Source: Octopus sinensis (Eukaryota). From it: 14,077 nt of DNA. Positions 8,713 through 14,077 of this stretch are shown piece by piece; positions within the stretch are counted from its first letter, which is position 1; every line of letters starts with the position of its first letter. The DNA is taken from assembly GCF_006345805.1 (NCBI RefSeq), contig NW_021826015.1, forward strand, positions 1 through 14,077, read 5' to 3'. A program made the translations under genes and the position numbers. The notes beneath the pieces are model-generated. The model was not told the origin of the DNA, did not search any database, and saw only the letters and a program-made list of their open reading frames with translations.

Positions 8713-9100
8713 GTCAAGGAATTTGACAAACCAAGTAAATATAAAGACGTAGAAATTGAAATACAAAAGATGCAGCATCTTAAAATGAGAACTGTTACTG
8801 TTATTGTAGGTGCCCCAGGTATGATAAAAAAGGGATGTCAGAAACATCTAGATAAGATCTCAAGAGAATCATGTCTCAGAGAAATCCAAAAGATTGTACT
8901 GACAAGTACTGCCCACATCCTTAAAAAAACCCTATCCATTTAAATGTCTGTGTTGTATTACATGAAGATATTTCACTACATCCTTTCCCCAAGCTTTCGG
9001 TCATACTGTAATATCTCTTATCTTTCACTCGCCCTAGGACACTGAGTGTTTCTTTGCAAGTGACTGTAACAAACATGTAGATTAAAAGTAAAAAAAAAAA
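8713..9100 (+). mobile_element. Dong/R4-clade 3' end 3 (RLE C-terminal 76 codons plus 3' UTR)
   Basis: 8713-8943 translates VKEFDKPSKYKDVEIEIQKMQHLKMRTVTVIVGAPGMIKKG...EIQKIVLTSTAHILKKTLSI*, matching the RLE motifs KxxKYxDL, PVxVGALG and QKxxLxxTAxIL. Not shown in the ORF track. Confidence 0.9.
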
Positions 9101-9112
9101 TGATACTAATAA

Positions 9113-9329
9113 TCCTTTCTACTATACACACACAAGGCCTGAAATGTTGGGGAAGGGAGCTAGTCAATTACATTGACCCCCAGGGTTTAACTGGTACTTA
9201 TTTTATTGATCCTGAAAGGATGAAAGGCAAAGTTGACCTCAGCAGAATTTGAACCCAGAACATGAAAATGAACAAAATACTGCATTGAATTTTTGTCCAG
9301 CAAGCTAATGATTCTACCAGCTCACTGTC
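9113..9329 (-). mobile_element. SINE family B, near full length
   Basis: ctggtacttattttattgatcctgaaaggatgaaaggcaaagttgacctc...ccagctcactgtc. Confidence 0.85.
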
Positions 9330-9466
9330 TCAATAATGACGATAATAACAATAGCAATAGAAAAAGTAATAATAATAATAATAATAATTATTATTATTAT
9401 TATTATTTTGGTAGTCGTATTGCTAATTGCAAGATTCACTAAACAAGCTATCACATTTCTGTATTA

Positions 9467-9569
9467 CTTTGGCATTTGTAATGTGTCATTTTGTAGCGTT
9501 TTTTTTTCTAGTTTGTACAGTTAATATCTAATAATGTTGTTTTCTACATGTATATATATGTGTATGTCC
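9467..9569. repeat. Inverted repeat arm A (partner 11724-11826)
   Basis: ctttggcatttg...tgtatgtcc is the reverse complement of 11724-11826 with about 6 differences. Confidence 0.92.
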
Positions 9570-9594
9570 TGGGGTGTTCTACAAAATATATACA

Positions 9595-9934
9595 TAATTA
9601 TATATATGTATACATACATACCATATATATATATATATATATATAATTATATATATATATATATATATACACATACATATATACATATATATATATACAC
9701 ATATATATATACATATATATACATACATACATACATACATAATATATATATATATATGTATGTATGTATGTATGTATATATATGTATATATGTGTATATA
9801 TATATGTATATAGTGTGTGTATATATATATATAAAGACTTGTTTTATTTATATTTCCTGAGCGCCATACTAATACAATTGTTCGTTTGTTTTCCACCTGC
9901 CTTCGTCTTTTGTTTATTTTCATAAAGCTTCCCG

Positions 9935-9973
<39 letters not shown>

Positions 9974-10360
9974 AAATTTCAGCAAAATTTAGATTCAAAT
10001 GAATATCTGTGTTTGGATATATATATATATATATATATATAACATATATATTATATATATCACAAATATATAAGATATATATATATATGCAAAAACACAG
10101 ATATAATGCCTCAGCATTTATGAAACATTGTGTATAAGCTTATGTTCTGATGTACTCTACAGTTGTGTATGTGTGTGTATATTTGTATACTTCTGCATTT
10201 AATGAATACTATATATATATATATATATATAATATATATATAAATATATAAATATATAAATATATATACCCACATTTATATATATATATATACATATATA
10301 TATATGAATATTATAAATACAAATACATATATGTATGTATGTATATGTGTACATATGTAT
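9595..10360. repeat. Extended (TA)n/(CATA)n microsatellite field with short unique islands
   Basis: Directly visible; explains ORFs 9534-9860 and 9579-9998. Confidence 0.85.
9833..9936 (+). mobile_element. Diverged fragment related to the family 3 Penelope-like element, within (TA)n
   Basis: aaagactt...ttcctgagcgccatactaatac...cacctgccttcgtcttttgttt aligns by eye with 11899-11991 (aaaggactt...ttccagagtgttaaactaatac...cacctgtcttcatttttgttt). Confidence 0.6.
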
Positions 10361-10522
10361 TAGGTGTTAATTTTCTACATTTAATGTTGGTATTTTAAGC
10401 CACTGTTATTTTGTTTATGAGAATGTGCATGTGTGTGTGTGTGTGTGTGTGTATGTGTGTGTGTGTGAGAGAGAGAGAGTGCATGTGTCAGTATGGTGTA
10501 TATGATTTTATAATAAAAAATA

Positions 10523-10756
10523 AGATCAAATATTCCTCCTGAGTCATAAGCTCATAAAATCAGTTTTTTTGGGTTCTGTAGCACATATATAAATTATATA
10601 TATAGTTCAAATTTACAGGAAACAAAAATGAAGACAGGTGTAGGAACAACAAGCAGGTGTATTAGTTTAACACTCTGGAAGAATTGGAAAGTCCTTTACA
10701 TTTTGAGCCTATGCTCTTCAACAGAAAGGATTAAAAAGGAAAAAAATGGAGAGAAA
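10523..10756. repeat. Inverted repeat arm B, 234 bp (partner 11840-12073)
   Basis: Near-identical reverse complement; only about 3 differences, in T and TA runs. Confidence 0.95.
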
Positions 10757-10809
10757 TGAAAGAAAAAAACAAAGAAAAAATATGCTGAGTTCAACAGTCC
10801 AATATGACA
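10605..10809 (-). mobile_element. Probable Penelope-like pseudo-LTR fragment (family 3) between TA repeats
   Basis: Contains a degenerate hammerhead motif at 10692-10730 (minus strand); TA runs on both sides. Confidence 0.55.
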
Positions 10810-10863
10810 ATATATATATATTCCCCACTAAAGGAGATGCCCATCCATCATGGGATAATTCAA

Positions 10864-10959
10864 TGGACTGGAGCAACATGGAATGAAGTGTTTTGCTAAA
10901 GAACACAATGCACCACCCAGTCCAGGAATTGAAAGCGCAATCATGCAATCAATAGTGCA
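10864..10959 (-). mobile_element. Fragment of a further tRNA-derived SINE
   Basis: Minus strand shows a B-box-like gctttcaattcc followed by CORE-like tgttctttagcaaaacacttc. Confidence 0.55.
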
Positions 10960-11211
10960 CGATGGAAAGCATGCAGAAACTACAGTGCATTTGTTCCTGA
11001 TGTCTGCAGAGTAAGTTTGGTGTAATAGTGTATTTTTGTGGTATATATAAAGAAATAATTTTATGAATGGTTTAATTTGGTGGGCTGAAAAATAGGTGTA
11101 TGTATGTAAGCATGTATGTGCATATGCATGTACATATTTATGTATGTTCGGATGTATTTATGTATGAATGTATGTATGAATGCATGTATGTATGAACATA
11201 TGTATGTACAG

Positions 11212-11430
11212 CAGTGGTTTTCAACCAGGATTCCATGGAACCTTAGGGTTCCGCCAGTACAGTCCAGGGGTTCCGCAAGAAGTTACAAAAATGCTAAAAT
11301 CGGCAGTAATTTTTAATTCTCCTGTGCAGATATGTGTGCATAAGATTATTAAATTATTGCACAGGGGTTCCTCGAGCCAGTGGAATGTTTCCTTGGGGTT
11401 CCGCTCCAGCAAAAAGTTTGAAAAGCACTG
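11212..11430. mobile_element. hAT (Charlie/Buster-type) MITE, 219 bp
   Basis: TIRs cagtggttttcaa / ttgaaaagcactg (12 of 13 match); perfect 8-bp TSD atgtacag (11204-11211, 11431-11438) with central TA; repeated subterminal gggttcc motifs. Confidence 0.93.
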
Positions 11431-11865
11431 ATGTACAGTATATATGTGTGCGTGTGTATGTATATATGTAAGTTTTCTCCTCTATCTTGAGTTGGTGCTA
11501 CATTGTCTTGTGTACAAGATATTATTTCTCTTGAAGTGGTCTCACAACAGAAAGCTGATAACACACACTCACGAACTAAACGGTTAGCATGACCATCTAT
11601 GCAGAGCTGGGACTGCAAATTTGCACCCAGGAAACTCAGCACAGTAGTCGACAAACTTGAGCAAAAAATGGAAAGGTTTCTCAGATCCCTTGCTACAACC
11701 TTTTTGCACCCAGTCCATTCTGTGGACATACACGTATATATACATGTAGAAAACAACATTATTAGATACTACTGTACAAACTAGAAAAAAAAAACACTAC
11801 AAAATGACACATTGCAAATGCCAAAGGACTTTCCAATTTTTTCTCTCCATTTTTTTCCTTTTTAA

Positions 11866-11904
11866 TCCTTTCTGTTGAAGAGCATAGGCTCAAAATGTAA
11901 AGGA
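11866..11904 (+). ncRNA. Degenerate minimal hammerhead-like motif (duplicate of 10692-10730)
   Basis: tccttt CTGTTGA a gagc-atag-gctc AAAA T GT A aagga. Restoring two CpG decays gives gctcGAAACGTA. The core also deviates from CUGANGA at one position. Confidence 0.45.
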
Positions 11905-12073
11905 CTTTCCAATTCTTCCAGAGTGTTAAACTAATACACCTGCTTGTTGTTCCTACACCTGTCTTCATTTTTGTTTCCTGTAAATTTGAACTATATATAT
12001 ATATTTATATATGTGCTACAGAACCCACAAAACTGATTTTATGAGCTTATGACTCAGGAGGAATATTTGATCT

Positions 12074-12168
12074 GTGTGGCACCTTGGGCAAGTGTCTTCT
12101 GCTATAGCCCCGGGCCGACCAAAGCCTTGTGAGTGGATTTGGTAGACGGAAACTGAAAGAAGCCAGTC

Positions 12169-12205
<37 letters not shown>

Positions 12206-12274
12206 TGTGTGTCTGTGTTTGTCCTCCTAGCATTGCTTGACAACCGATGCGGGTGTGTTTACGTCCCCGTCACT
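12074..12274 (+). mobile_element. SINE family A internal fragment, truncated at both ends
   Basis: gtggcaccttgggcaagtgtcttc...(TA)n...gtgtttacgtccccgt. Confidence 0.88.
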
Positions 12275-12277
12275 ATG

Positions 12278-12440
12278 GTACACTCTATAAATTAGTTGTC
12301 ATTAGGAAGAGCATCGGACAGTAAAAACCAAGGCAAATACAAAGTACAGAACCTGGAGTGGTTTTTGGCCTTGCCAGCTCCTGTCAAACCATCCAACCCA
12401 TGTCAGTGTGGAAAATGGGCATTAAATGAGGATGATGATG
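12278..12440 (+). mobile_element. 3' part of another SINE with (GAT)n tail, possibly Ceph-domain/RTE-tail type
   Basis: ttaggaagagcatcggacagtaaaaacc ... gtcaaaccatccaacccatgtcagtgtggaaaatgggcattaaatgaggatgatgatg. Family assignment is from recalled similarity only. Confidence 0.55.
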
Positions 12441-12517
12441 GTCATCATCATCATTTGTTGTTGTTGATGTTTTTTCCCAAGTTAGCTCTGACTGAAAAGA
12501 CCTATGATAGAATATAT

Positions 12518-12747
12518 GTTTCTTTACTACCCATAGGAGCTAAACACAGAGGGGGACAAACAAGGACCGACAAACTGATTAAGTCGATTACATCGACCCC
12601 AGTGCGTAACTGGTACTTAATTTATCGACCCTGAAAGGATGAAAGGCAAAGTCGACCTCGGCGGAATTTGAACTCGGAACGTAACGACAGATGAAATACA
12701 GCTACACATTTCGCGCGGCGCGCTAACGTTTCTGCCAGCTCACCACC
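12518..12747 (-). mobile_element. Young full-length SINE family B with TSD
   Basis: CpG-rich complete copy flanked by acctatgatagaa(t/c)atat at 12500-12517 and 12745-12762. Confidence 0.92.
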
Positions 12748-13257
12748 TATGATAGAACATATCTTAGCCATAACCATTCCCTTTTTCTTTATTATCCAAT
12801 GAGTTCTTTTCTAGCATGGCTGTTTGTGTGGCTTAATTGCTATTTCTTACAGGCCAAGATCCCTTGCTGGTTTGACCCTTCAAGAATTTGGACTGGTAGG
12901 AATAGGTGGCATTTAAATCTACTGGACATACAATTTTCTAGTTTGCTCCAAAGTTAAGAATTCTAATAATTGTTGTAACTGTTCAGTTGTTAGTTGTTAT
13001 TGTTGTTGTTGTTGCTAAGTTCTAATTAAGTAGATGTGTGACAAAAGACATTCCAGCTATGACAAACACCCTCACATTGTGCATCTTAGACTCCCTAATT
13101 CAATTTGCTTTTCTCTCTTTAATACAATAATTTGGGGTAGATTTTATATTTATAGCAGATAATCAACTGAAAGGGAAGCTCCTTAAGTTGTAATTCAGTT
13201 CAGTGTTCTTCCCCAAAGGACCAACTATATACTAATTGGTATTATTAAGAACCCCTA

Positions 13258-13394
13258 AGGTGCAAGCTAAGCTAGCAGAATCATTAGCACACTAGGCAAA
13301 ATGCTAAGCAGCATTTCTTCTAAGTTAATGTCCTGAGTTCAAATTCCACAAAGGTTGACTTTGCCTTTCATTCTTTCAGGGACAATAAAATAAG
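13258..13394 (+). mobile_element. Old SINE family B 5' part
   Basis: agctagcagaatcattagc...gagttcaaattcc...gactttgcctttcattctttc. Confidence 0.8.
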
Positions 13395-13736
13395 GGCAGC
13401 AAGCTGGCAGAATTGTTAGCATGCCGGGTGGAATACTTAGTGGTATTTCATCTGCTGTAGAAGGCGGCCAGCTGGCAGAGTTGTTAGAACGCTGAGCGAA
13501 ATGCTTAGCGGTATTTCGTCTGCCGTTACGTTCTGAGTTCATATTCTGCCGAGGTCGACTTTGCCTTTCATCCTTTCGGGGTCGATAAATTAAGGACCAG
13601 TTACGCACTGGGGTTGATATAAACGAATTAATCTGTTTGTCTGTCCTCTCTATGTTTAGCCCCTTGTGGGTAGTAAAGAAATAGGTATTTCCTCTGCTGT
13701 TACGTTCTGAGTTCAAATTCTGCTGTGGTCAACTTC
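13395..13736 (+). mobile_element. SINE family B 5' part, split by a younger copy (13395-13458 and 13684-13736)
   Basis: Head ggcagcaagctggcagaattg; sequence resumes in register after 13683. Confidence 0.8.
13461..13683 (+). mobile_element. Young full-length SINE family B nested in its own family
   Basis: 17-bp TSD ggtatttc(a/c)tctgctgt at 13442-13458 and 13684-13700. Confidence 0.9.
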
Positions 13737-14077
13737 AAAGAAAGTTGGAAGAAAACAGTTAACCTTGTATTTGTGTTTAAAAATCTTCGAGGACAACATG
13801 TTCAAAAATGGCTGCTTCAAGCTCACAATTTCGATTTTGGTTTTGGTTCTCATGGTAACATCATTATAAACGTCTTAAACTCCAAACAAGTAAAGTCATG
13901 AAATTGTGTGACTGCTGAAACAATATTCAGAAGCCATACTTTTCAGTAAAACTTTTAATTAGTGATTTTAAAAACAATGAGTGGTTATGTTGGTGTTCAT
14001 TTTGCATGCACATGTGCTGACACATATATATATATACACCATGCACACTCATACACGCACACATATACATTCATGTA

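Noticed and set aside
11470-11723. Unique block with open frames on both strands (ORFs 11349-11759 and 11599-11784)
   Set aside because: The ORFs run into a MITE or duplicated segment and match no family I recognise; a host exon cannot be excluded without a search.
13737-13901. About 55-codon Met-less open frame (…VNLVFVFKNLRGQHVQKWLLQAHNFDFGFGSHG…)
   Set aside because: No recognisable homology or clear acceptor/donor pair; length is compatible with chance.

Overview
AT-rich, microsatellite-dense eukaryotic non-coding DNA with no recognisable host gene. Its repeat content resembles a coleoid cephalopod (Octopus-like) genome; this is an inference from recalled repeat families, not a database result. 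Nearly all complex sequence is transposon debris: an RTE-clade LINE 3' remnant, a non-autonomous Helitron, two piggyBac-type MITEs, a hAT MITE with a perfect 8-bp TSD, three stacked Dong/R4-type 3' ends in a (TAA)n tract, and many often nested tRNA-derived SINEs (here called families A and B). The most interesting signals are: (i) three unrelated short elements embedded in (TA)n, each carrying a Penelope-type minimal type I hammerhead ribozyme motif, one of them inside a 125-bp spacerless palindrome; (ii) local inverted duplications with template-switch junctions; (iii) two different piggyBac MITEs at the equivalent TTAA abutting SINE 5' ends; (iv) a shared pentaloop hairpin in three Dong/R4 3' UTRs. 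The listed ORFs are microsatellite or repeat artefacts, except 2183-2371, which is part of the RTE remnant. Identities quoted were counted by eye.
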